IMG/VR virus record: IMGVR_UViG_2974528942_000001
Span: 1-64,000 of that record
Reading direction: 5' to 3' (one strand)
Source: a virus
Taxonomy: Duplodnaviria; Caudoviricetes
Length of the DNA stretch: 64,000 bases
Positions 1 through 7,403 of this stretch are shown piece after piece. The position numbers and the translations under genes are program-made. The notes under the pieces are model-generated. The model had not been told where the DNA came from, did no database searches, and saw nothing but the letters and a program-made list of their open reading frames with translations. The first letter of the stretch is position 1. The number at the start of each line of letters is the position of its first letter.

Positions 1-409
1 GCGACCTTTTCACGACTTCGCTGTACCGGACCACTGCGGAAAAATGTAGGTCATCGCGGTCTACGCGGCGTGTAGAACTCTTGTTCTTTTTCACCCTAGC
101 GGTTTTCGGTGCCGGGTTTTTGGGTTGCACAGGTCGCATGGTCTGATTCTCAACCATCGTTTTCACGTTGGCTTGAATCCCCGTCATGTTCCAACTATAG
201 GCCGTGGTCTCGTCTGGGCGTGTTTCATCTTTGCCCGCCCAATTGTCCTTGTTGACACAATCCGCCTCGGTCCGTTCCCGCATAGCGATCACGGTATTCA
301 GCGGTGTTAGCGGGGTGTTGATACCCGTACCCCGTTTAGCGGTGGCGCGTACCCGTTTGGTCACGGTGACCGTACGTGGTGCAGACGCCATAGGCAGCGG
401 TCTACCCAT
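1..409 (-). CDS. Hypothetical basic, Thr/Arg/Lys-rich protein; partial, runs off left edge; absent from ORF track
   Basis: Manual translation: ATG at 409 preceded by GAAAGGG at 6-nt spacing; 136 codons without a stop to position 1 (MGRPLPMASAPRTVTVTKRV...VVKRS). Confidence 0.6.
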   Translation of the reverse strand, partial: MGRPLPMASAPRTVTVTKRVRATAKRGTGINTPLTPLNTVIAMRERTEADCVNKDNWAGKDETRPDETTAYSWNMTGIQANVKTMVENQTMRPVQPKNPAPKTARVKKNKSSTRRVDRDDLHFSAVVRYSEVVKRS

Positions 410-1110
410 GATGAACCCTTTCGTTGTGTGGTTCTAGTCCGTTGTGCAGCGATGAAACTGCACGCATGTATTGATCTAGCGTGTCACTATTGCCATGCGT
501 CAACCCTACGGTTGCCAGCGGTCGACCCGTCCGTTTCATTCGGTGACCATCGCGCGGTCGTTCCTACACAACTCATGGAGACCCTAGACGTCCATGCCGT
601 TGTGCGTGTGGGCCGGTATAGCGGTCGCCCGCTAGAACCCTAGTCCGTTAGCGGTCTAGTGCCCGTATCACCCGCGCGAAGCGGATCTAGATTCAATTTG
701 TATCGCGGTGGTTAGCGATGAACCCTAGACAAAGTCTGCCCTTCCACAGTTCGCGCGTCCGCTGAGCCGGTCTTATGTACGTGCATGAACCCGCTGGTTG
801 CGGGGGCCGTAGCTATTACACATGCACTGCCGTGCGGTGCCTCACGTTCTAGTGATCCCGTACCGGCTAGAACCCTAGCCGTCATCCGCTTTAGGGTGCG
901 TTCGACCCGCTACCGTGTTTCCACGGCCTATCCGCTTTTTCGCAGCGTTCATCGCGGCGCGTGTGCCCGTAGGTCCCGCGCGTACCGACCGCCATCCCGC
1001 CCGCGCCGCGCGCGGGACCGGGGCCGGGGGGCGATTGCCCCCCCCGATTCGGTAGGTCTACCGTACCACGGCGCGTGGCACCACGGCAACCCCCCCGGGG
1101 CCGCTGCGTG

Positions 1111-1126
1111 TGTGACGTGCGTCACA
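1111..1126. promoter_or_regulatory. Perfect CRP/GlxR-type box TGTGA-N6-TCACA
   Basis: TGTGA CGTGCG TCACA in a non-coding region; part of a 7-2-7 palindrome. Confidence 0.4.
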
Positions 1127-1419
1127 TTTGGGAGCGGGTTTTGTACCAGGGGTTGTACCAGGCGCGTTATACAGCACGATTGTTAGGTCGGCTGAATTTT
1201 GACGAGTCCGTGGTACCACAGGTATAGCTGTGTTTATTCTGAGGAAATAGAGGGGTAATGCCTGATACGCAGCCAGGGGATGACGGATCTGTGGATTAAT
1301 ACTTTCGTAATCCGTGTGTAATTCCAAATGGCAAAGTTGTGTAGTGGCGTAGCTACGAGTTTTTATAGAAACATTACCTACCCGGTTTATACAAAAAACA
1401 CCCATCTACCTGGGGTTAT

Positions 1420-1840
1420 TCAAACTATATAACTATAAACTATATATAATTATAAGAAGAGAAGAAGACTGATGGCTAAGACCTAGCCTCTGACCGGTGG
1501 CACCAACCCCAACCGCTCCTCCTGGTCGGTCACACAGTCAAGTGAACTCTTGTACCCTTAATTGCTTACTTTCTAATTGGGGGGGTTTTTAGTTTATAGT
1601 TCTATAGTTTCGACATAACCGCACGTCAAACGTGCTTTTTGCCGGTTATAGAGGCCGGTTATCGTTTTATCGTATCGGCATCGCTTGGCCGGTACAGGCT
1701 ACTATAACTAGAGTTTTATAGTTTCTTTGTATCAAAGTAATTATAAACCGATTGTTTATAGTTTCTTTGCATCCCAGCGGCTATCCCACACCGAGAGCAA
1801 AAAAAGAAACTATAACCGACGTGGTTATAGTTTCTTTTAG
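1420..1840. repeat. AT-rich iteron block, candidate replication origin
   Basis: About 9 copies of core TATAGTT/AACTATA in both orientations; exact 15-bp direct repeat TTTATAGTTTCTTTG at 1715-1729 and 1755-1769; abuts the end of the primase/helicase operon. Confidence 0.6.
1799..1838 (-). terminator. Perfect 16-bp inverted repeat; probable terminator of the replication operon, built from iteron sequence
   Basis: AAAAGAAACTATAACC-GACGT-GGTTATAGTTTCTTTT (1802-1838) with a T run at the stem base on the minus strand, 19 nt after the 1857 stop. Confidence 0.55.
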
Positions 1841-1856
1841 TGCAGCGTTGGCCCAG

Positions 1857-2921
1857 CTAGATCGGGTAGTGATACCCCAACTTCTGCTCAGCCTCGAATG
1901 CAGTCATCGTGGAATTGAGCCTCTCGTTGCGAAAGAAGTTCAGGATGCGGGACTTATTATCCTTGGCCTCCTTGACGGGGACCTCTTCGACTGGATCGGG
2001 CTCAAGCATACCCTTAACCTCCTTGCCGACGAACATCTTGGTCTCTCCCGGACCGTCGATAAGCTGAGCTTCGACTTGCTCCCGCACCTGCTCCTGGACG
2101 GACTTCAAGATCTCTTGGCCAGTCACGGTCCCCGACTCGACGAGTCTCTTGTACGCTTCGCTGAGGCTTTCGATCTCGTCGCTCTTATCTTCTTTGCCGG
2201 GCGGGGTGGACGACCAGGTGGTGCCGAGCTGCTGGTACACGCCCTGCGACGGTGAGATGGGCGAGGTAGCCATCGTGACCCCGTGGTGGCGCATCTGTGC
2301 AGTCAGGGTTGGTCGAGTCACATTCGGAGTGGTCGGCGCCCAGTGGACGTGCTCGTGGTCCTCGGGAGGCTCAGGATTGTAGGGGTCGTCAGCTTCGTCG
2401 TCATACACCACCGTGGTAGTCGAGTCGATGTGTACAGCTTCGATAGTCTCGATCTCTAAGTCGTCGGTGGTGATGGTGTTCTTGCCAAGCCTTGAGTCTT
2501 CGATCGACTTGGTGATCAACTCAAAGAACTTATCTTCGACCTCATCGGGGTCGGAGCACATCACCTCTTTCTTGAGGGTTGGTTGCATGCTGCCATGCAC
2601 ACTCGGCCAGATGTAGTACACCCGGAAGTAGGCGATGGGTGCACCCGAGGGTTCGGTGGCCTTGGTGACGGGGTCTGGTTCAAACTTGAACGGCTGCAAC
2701 TGTGTGGGCTGACCGACCGGCAAGATGATCGGATTGCCAGAGCGCGCACCGGTGATCACTGCGTCGAGCTTCTCGCCGCCGTCCAGCCAAGATGCACCCA
2801 ACCTGAAGTCGTCATCATCGTCGTCAAGGCTAGGGATTGCGAGCGATTGGCCCGGAGGCATCCTACTATCGGACCTTACGGTCTTGCCGCCCAGTATGAA
2901 GTCATCATCGTCATCGCTCAT
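1857..2921 (-). CDS. Acidic hypothetical protein
   Basis: 354-aa ORF, TAATG-coupled to upstream gene; two DDDDDF-x-LG motifs. Confidence 0.8.
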   Translation of the reverse strand: MSDDDDDFILGGKTVRSDSRMPPGQSLAIPSLDDDDDDFRLGASWLDGGEKLDAVITGARSGNPIILPVGQPTQLQPFKFEPDPVTKATEPSGAPIAYFRVYYIWPSVHGSMQPTLKKEVMCSDPDEVEDKFFELITKSIEDSRLGKNTITTDDLEIETIEAVHIDSTTTVVYDDEADDPYNPEPPEDHEHVHWAPTTPNVTRPTLTAQMRHHGVTMATSPISPSQGVYQQLGTTWSSTPPGKEDKSDEIESLSEAYKRLVESGTVTGQEILKSVQEQVREQVEAQLIDGPGETKMFVGKEVKGMLEPDPVEEVPVKEAKDNKSRILNFFRNERLNSTMTAFEAEQKLGYHYPI

Positions 2922-3238
2922 TACGCACCCCGTTTCTCTGAATCAGTTGGTCGAACAACTTGCAGTGCCTTGATCACCACGGACTCGCCGGCCTGCACGC
3001 GAGTCCACTCGTACTCCATCCAGTGCTCCATGGTTCGCGACTCCAGGTACGGGTCCATCGCCCTGGCCGAGTCCGAGCCCCTGCCCTTGTGCACGCGCTC
3101 CCGGTTAGCCTTGCGGCACAACGGACCCCGGCAGCCCTTGTGGTAAGTACCTGGTGAGCCGTGGCGAAGTGTGCAGAACCTCTCGTCAGCTAGCTCGTCG
3201 TTGACTTCTTTGACTATTGGCAGTTCATTGAAGTCCAT
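2921..3238 (-). CDS. Small Cys/His (putative Zn-binding) protein
   Basis: HGSPGTYHKGCRGPLCRKANR motif; tight coupling to neighbours. Confidence 0.75.
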   Translation of the reverse strand: MDFNELPIVKEVNDELADERFCTLRHGSPGTYHKGCRGPLCRKANRERVHKGRGSDSARAMDPYLESRTMEHWMEYEWTRVQAGESVVIKALQVVRPTDSEKRGA

Positions 3239-3239
3239 T

Positions 3240-5381
3240 CTATTTCCCCCCTGTATATCCAGGTTGTGCCTCGTCAGGCACTATTGCATAGCGCTTGGTC
3301 TGCGGGCCGCGCGAGCCCTTCGGCGGATCGGCCTCCACCACAACGCCAGCTTCAACGATGGCCTTGAGTGCATTGTTGATCTCGTGTGCGGTGTACTTCT
3401 GTGGAGCCTTCTTAACCAGGTTCTCGATCTGACTGCGGCTGGCGTACCCCTTACCCGGCTTGGTGGGGTCATGCTTGCCTGCGCCAGATCGAGCACTCCA
3501 ATACTCGATAGCCTTCATGATGCGCTCATCGAGGTCTGTGTACTTGGTGGTGTTGACCTTCTTGGCGAGCAACGCGGTGGAGCGTTCCAAGAAGTTCATG
3601 ACCCATTCAGCGCGAGCCACGTCCTCTGGCATGATCTCGTCGTGCAGGCTGTTCATGGCGAACAGCAAGCAATACCGCAAGGCCTTGAGGGAGAAGCGAG
3701 AGTGTGCGTCGTCCTCTGGTGTGCGGTACTTGTTGAACAGCTTGTTGTATCCTGTGGCCGCAGAAGCATGCACCCCTATTAGAAGCGCCTCACCAGGCTC
3801 GAGTCCTTCGTCGGCACGCATCTTCTGCGAGTATTTGTCGACTACTTCGCGGAACTTCTCGCGCACCCTGTTTGCCGAGGGCTCGTCCACGAACTCGACT
3901 GATGTGATGTCAAGGTCTTCCTCTCTGTGGTTAGCCGAGATGACATCAAAGCGCGAGACGAGTCCGTTGTCCCTGCCTTCTTCACCGATGACCTTTTGGA
4001 TTCGGTTCGGAGGAATGTTAGCCGAGACAAACAACAGCGGGTTGTGGGCATACGAAGATCCGCGACCCATAGCCTCTCCGTTGTCGATCACATCGTCCTC
4101 GGTGCGACCGACTGCGTCGAAGTCCATGAGCTTGCTCATGAGCGAGGATCCTCTGATCTGAGACTTGGCAGATAGCGATGCATACTCGTCGAGTGCCCAC
4201 CACCCGGTCACATCTCGTACGTCGTAGCGGGACTCTCCCTCGCCAGCCTTGGCGAACGAATCTACCAGAGCTTCACCAGATACCGGGTTGATCGGACGTA
4301 CGCCTCGATTGATGCCGTAGTCACCCTGCACGGCGGGCTTGATTGACACCCAAGACAACTCCGCGAGTTTGAGTATCGAGTTCACTGAGTGCTTAGCCTG
4401 CGACTTGCCGGACCCAGGGGGCGCGACTCGTAGCTGCCAGAACGAAGCATTGAAGGGGCCGCGGTGGCCGACCCCTCGAAGGAAAGGTCCGCCGCACATC
4501 CCCACCAACATGAGGCCATTGAACAGATCGAACTCGTGCGGTGCGCCGTTGACCGCGTAGGTCTTGACGTAGTCGTGAACAGGTGTGCCTGTGGGTAGGT
4601 GTTCGAGGATCTCATCAAGGCTGCCCAGGTCAGGCAGTCCGTCGGTGTCGGGGCCCTGTAGTTCAGCCCTCCTGTCCGCCAGTGAGACGACGTTGTCAGT
4701 CCCAGTGGATGATGAGTCCTCTTCTGCTTTTGGGGCCGCGGCCCGGTTAATCCGAACAACCTCCTCGAACTCCGCAGCCTCGGCCTTCGCCTGGGTGGGG
4801 CTCTTGGCTCGACCGTCGGCAGTTCGCTCCCAGCCACACAGCTCGACTAGGTATTCGGTCTTCGCTTTGGCATACTCTGTACCCTTGAGGGACTTGCCAA
4901 AGTTCATGCCACGTGCTGCGGCGAACATGTCCAACCGCCCGCCGCCGTCCGAGCATTGACCCATGCAGACCCATGTGCCTTTGACAGGGTCAAGCCAAGA
5001 TGCTTCAGACTCGGTGTTGTCGTGTCCGGCAGTCGGACAGAACTGCAGGTAGTTGTTGGTGCCTCCGTTCATCTTGCGATTGGCGCGCTTGCCTGTCACA
5101 TGCTCATACAAGGTGAACATGTCGATGGACTTGATCGCGTCATCTTCTTCGGCGCGTATGTCAACCGAGGTGCCGAGTTCGGGGATTGCATCTTCGAAGT
5201 CTTTGTTGGGCTGCGGGAGCGATGGGGCTGCGCTCTCCGATTGGGCTGACTTCTTTCGCTGGTCTACAGCCCACTTGGCTCGGGCCAGAGTCCACTTGCG
5301 CTTGTCCACGTCGGCGAATGATCGAGGGGGGATCTTGTTCGCCGCGAAGTACTCTTCCGAGTAGTAGTCAATCTCAGTCAA
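3240..5381 (-). CDS. Primase-type Zn finger fused to P-loop helicase (DUF3987-like primase/helicase)
   Basis: CPTAGHDN...WVCMGQC Zn motif; Walker A APPGSGKS; Walker B-like WALDE; C-terminal winged-helix-like region. Confidence 0.7.
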   Translation of the reverse strand: MTEIDYYSEEYFAANKIPPRSFADVDKRKWTLARAKWAVDQRKKSAQSESAAPSLPQPNKDFEDAIPELGTSVDIRAEEDDAIKSIDMFTLYEHVTGKRANRKMNGGTNNYLQFCPTAGHDNTESEASWLDPVKGTWVCMGQCSDGGGRLDMFAAARGMNFGKSLKGTEYAKAKTEYLVELCGWERTADGRAKSPTQAKAEAAEFEEVVRINRAAAPKAEEDSSSTGTDNVVSLADRRAELQGPDTDGLPDLGSLDEILEHLPTGTPVHDYVKTYAVNGAPHEFDLFNGLMLVGMCGGPFLRGVGHRGPFNASFWQLRVAPPGSGKSQAKHSVNSILKLAELSWVSIKPAVQGDYGINRGVRPINPVSGEALVDSFAKAGEGESRYDVRDVTGWWALDEYASLSAKSQIRGSSLMSKLMDFDAVGRTEDDVIDNGEAMGRGSSYAHNPLLFVSANIPPNRIQKVIGEEGRDNGLVSRFDVISANHREEDLDITSVEFVDEPSANRVREKFREVVDKYSQKMRADEGLEPGEALLIGVHASAATGYNKLFNKYRTPEDDAHSRFSLKALRYCLLFAMNSLHDEIMPEDVARAEWVMNFLERSTALLAKKVNTTKYTDLDERIMKAIEYWSARSGAGKHDPTKPGKGYASRSQIENLVKKAPQKYTAHEINNALKAIVEAGVVVEADPPKGSRGPQTKRYAIVPDEAQPGYTGGK

Positions 5382-5592
5382 CGTACTCCACCTTCAGAAG
5401 TTTCAGCTGCGAACGCGGAATGTCCGTGAACGCAGCGGCGGTGTCTAGTGCAGTCTTGCCGACGTTCTGTCGTGCTCGACAGACTCCGCGGTACAGCTCG
5501 TCTGATCCAGTGACAGTCACATCGACCGTCCAGCCCTTCCCCATCGGAGCGGGGCGGGCTTTGGCTTGGACCTGCAACTTTGGTTTACCCAT
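5374..5592 (-). CDS. Hypothetical protein
   Basis: 72-aa ORF overlapping neighbours in an operon. Confidence 0.7.
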   Translation of the reverse strand: MGKPKLQVQAKARPAPMGKGWTVDVTVTGSDELYRGVCRARQNVGKTALDTAAAFTDIPRSQLKLLKVEYVD

Positions 5593-5752
5593 TCTCTGTA
5601 AAGTTCTCAGCCTGCGTGATGACGCGGACGGCGGCCTCTGCCTGTTCGCGAGTCATGCCGGTGTCGTACTTGGCCTTGACTGCTTCGATCTCCTCGGGTC
5701 GCAGCGGCCTGGGGTGATCGGGGTCGAAGTCAGGAATCTCGCTTGTTGACAT
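5585..5752 (-). CDS. Hypothetical protein
   Basis: In operon; likely start MSTSEIP preceded by GAAAGG. Confidence 0.6.
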   Translation of the reverse strand: MSTSEIPDFDPDHPRPLRPEEIEAVKAKYDTGMTREQAEAAVRVITQAENFTENG

Positions 5753-5963
5753 ATCCACACCTTTCGCATTCGTGCTTGTCAAGATTGGTGTCGTCTGTGT
5801 GCATCACAACGACTTGGTATCCATCAAAGTTGAGTCCCACCGCGAAGGCGTTCATGCGCTCGGCAACGTTGGTCACATCAGCGACGTCCGTGCTCTGGAA
5901 CGCCATGATGACTGAGCGCTTGATGTCTTGCTCGAACTCGACTTCGTGTTCGTTACTCTCCAC
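5730..5963 (-). CDS. Hypothetical protein
   Basis: GTG at 5963 after GAGGAGGAG (shorter than the track ORF). Confidence 0.6.
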   Translation of the reverse strand: MESNEHEVEFEQDIKRSVIMAFQSTDVADVTNVAERMNAFAVGLNFDGYQVVVMHTDDTNLDKHECERCGYVNKRDS

Positions 5964-6351
5964 CGTGCTCCTCCTCGTAGATCGCCATGCGCAGGTAGAC
6001 CAGGTCATCGGCCTTCTCGTCGAGCGAATCCTCGAGTTGGTCGCGGCCATTGAACGGCTGCAGGGGTGTGCCGTACTTCTCCATCCCGAACGACTTGCGG
6101 GCGGCGATCACCTCGCGTGGATTGCGACCCAGTCGTTTGCACAGTCGAGCGAATGCGACCATCGACTCCATGTAGATCAGCTGGAGTTCGACCGACACTT
6201 CCTTCTGGAGTCCATCGGCAAGCAGCTGATTGCGCAGGTCGTAGGTGACCAGGTCGTGCGCGCTGGGCAGGTCGTTGGGCTCAGGCAAGGGCTGCACCAC
6301 CAGACCTGCGCGTGCGCGCATCATCTCGTCGTCGGTGATTCGTTCGCTCAT
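5953..6351 (-). CDS. Putative all-alpha NTP pyrophosphohydrolase (MazG-like superfamily)
   Basis: RKSFGMEKYGTPLQPFNGRDQLEDSLDEKADDLVYL, an acidic ExxD-type helix after G-x-x-KYG. Confidence 0.45.
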   Translation of the reverse strand: MSERITDDEMMRARAGLVVQPLPEPNDLPSAHDLVTYDLRNQLLADGLQKEVSVELQLIYMESMVAFARLCKRLGRNPREVIAARKSFGMEKYGTPLQPFNGRDQLEDSLDEKADDLVYLRMAIYEEEHGGE

Positions 6352-7220
6352 AGGTAGGGCCGTCCTGTCTGAAGAAGTTGAACCGGATCGGGATGCGGAA
6401 CCAGATCTCTTATGGAAGCCTTCTGATTCAGAAAGAAGGCAGGCTCGTGCTTGACCTCCCCCTTCACCTTGTAAGTCGGCCCCTTGTGGTTGACCCCACC
6501 GGGGAGTCGCACCAGGTTGCCAAAGTCCTTGCCCTCCATCGTGTCCTGCTTGGGGTAGATCTCGATGGACAGGTTCTTGAAGCCGGTGTACGGATCGGGG
6601 TCGTTGTACTGAAAGAAGTTCTTCCCCTTCGTGGCCTCGAACTCGTACTGTGACGAGGTGCCCGCACCGGCCATCTCAAGGACGCCGAGTGCGATCTCGC
6701 GCGCCATGCCGATGTCGGTGGGCTCGTCAAAGAAGGCGTACACGTGGCAACCCTTGTTGCCCGAGTACGCCGCAGCCGAGCGCATGCCGTACGTGTTCAC
6801 GATCGGAGACGTGAGGATCTCGACCATGGTGCGCAGCTGTTGCTTGTACCACTTCCTGGCCGGGTGCCGACGGTCGCGCCACTCTTCGCGGGGGTGGGCG
6901 TCTTCGTGAATCTTGATCGCGTCGAAGAAGTCTTTGTCACTGAAGACGTTCTCGCCGATCCATTCGTCGGATGGCAGCTCGACCCAGGTGCCGTTCTTCT
7001 CCAGGTCGATGTCAAACACGACCAGCTTGGTCATGCCGTCGGAGTCGTTGGTGTAGTGGCCGAAGGTTTCGACTCCGTCGATGTGTGCCTTGAGGTCACC
7101 CATCTTCCACTTCTCTCGCACCGGACGGTAACCTCCGTCAGAGACCTGCTTGGCCTTGACGTCCTTGCGTTGGATGAAATGTTTGGCTAGCTCGATTGCC
7201 AGTTCGCCAGTGTCAGCCAC
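6348..7220 (-). CDS. Archaeo-eukaryotic primase (AEP) catalytic domain, primase/polymerase
   Basis: Motif I VVFDID, motif II SGNKGCHVY, motif III region NLVRLPG; SD GAAAGGGG. Confidence 0.8.
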   Translation of the reverse strand: MADTGELAIELAKHFIQRKDVKAKQVSDGGYRPVREKWKMGDLKAHIDGVETFGHYTNDSDGMTKLVVFDIDLEKNGTWVELPSDEWIGENVFSDKDFFDAIKIHEDAHPREEWRDRRHPARKWYKQQLRTMVEILTSPIVNTYGMRSAAAYSGNKGCHVYAFFDEPTDIGMAREIALGVLEMAGAGTSSQYEFEATKGKNFFQYNDPDPYTGFKNLSIEIYPKQDTMEGKDFGNLVRLPGGVNHKGPTYKVKGEVKHEPAFFLNQKASIRDLVPHPDPVQLLQTGRPYL

Positions 7221-7283
7221 GGACCACCCCTTTCAATTCTGTTTTGCACAATCGTGTCGCGTCGGAGCGCGCGATAGAATATG

Positions 7284-7312
7284 AACATACACCATTGCCA
7301 TGGGTTTGTCAA
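7284..7312 (-). promoter_or_regulatory. SigA-type promoter for the replication operon
   Basis: TTGACA-17 bp-TATGTT on the minus strand upstream of the 7220 start. Confidence 0.7.
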
Positions 7313-7403
7313 TACTAACACTCGTGATTCAAAAGGCCATCCGCGCGCGCGCGTAGGACGTAATGCTGGCGCTTAGTCTAGGGTGCTGGTACTATGCTGT
7401 CGT

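Noticed and set aside
1058-1405. 115-aa minus-strand ORF in the control region
   Set aside because: No SD, non-coding-like composition, runs through repeats and palindromes; probably spurious.
1420-1840. AT-rich repeats as a CRISPR array or mobile-element end
   Set aside because: Units are short, irregularly spaced and in both orientations; no spacers or transposase.
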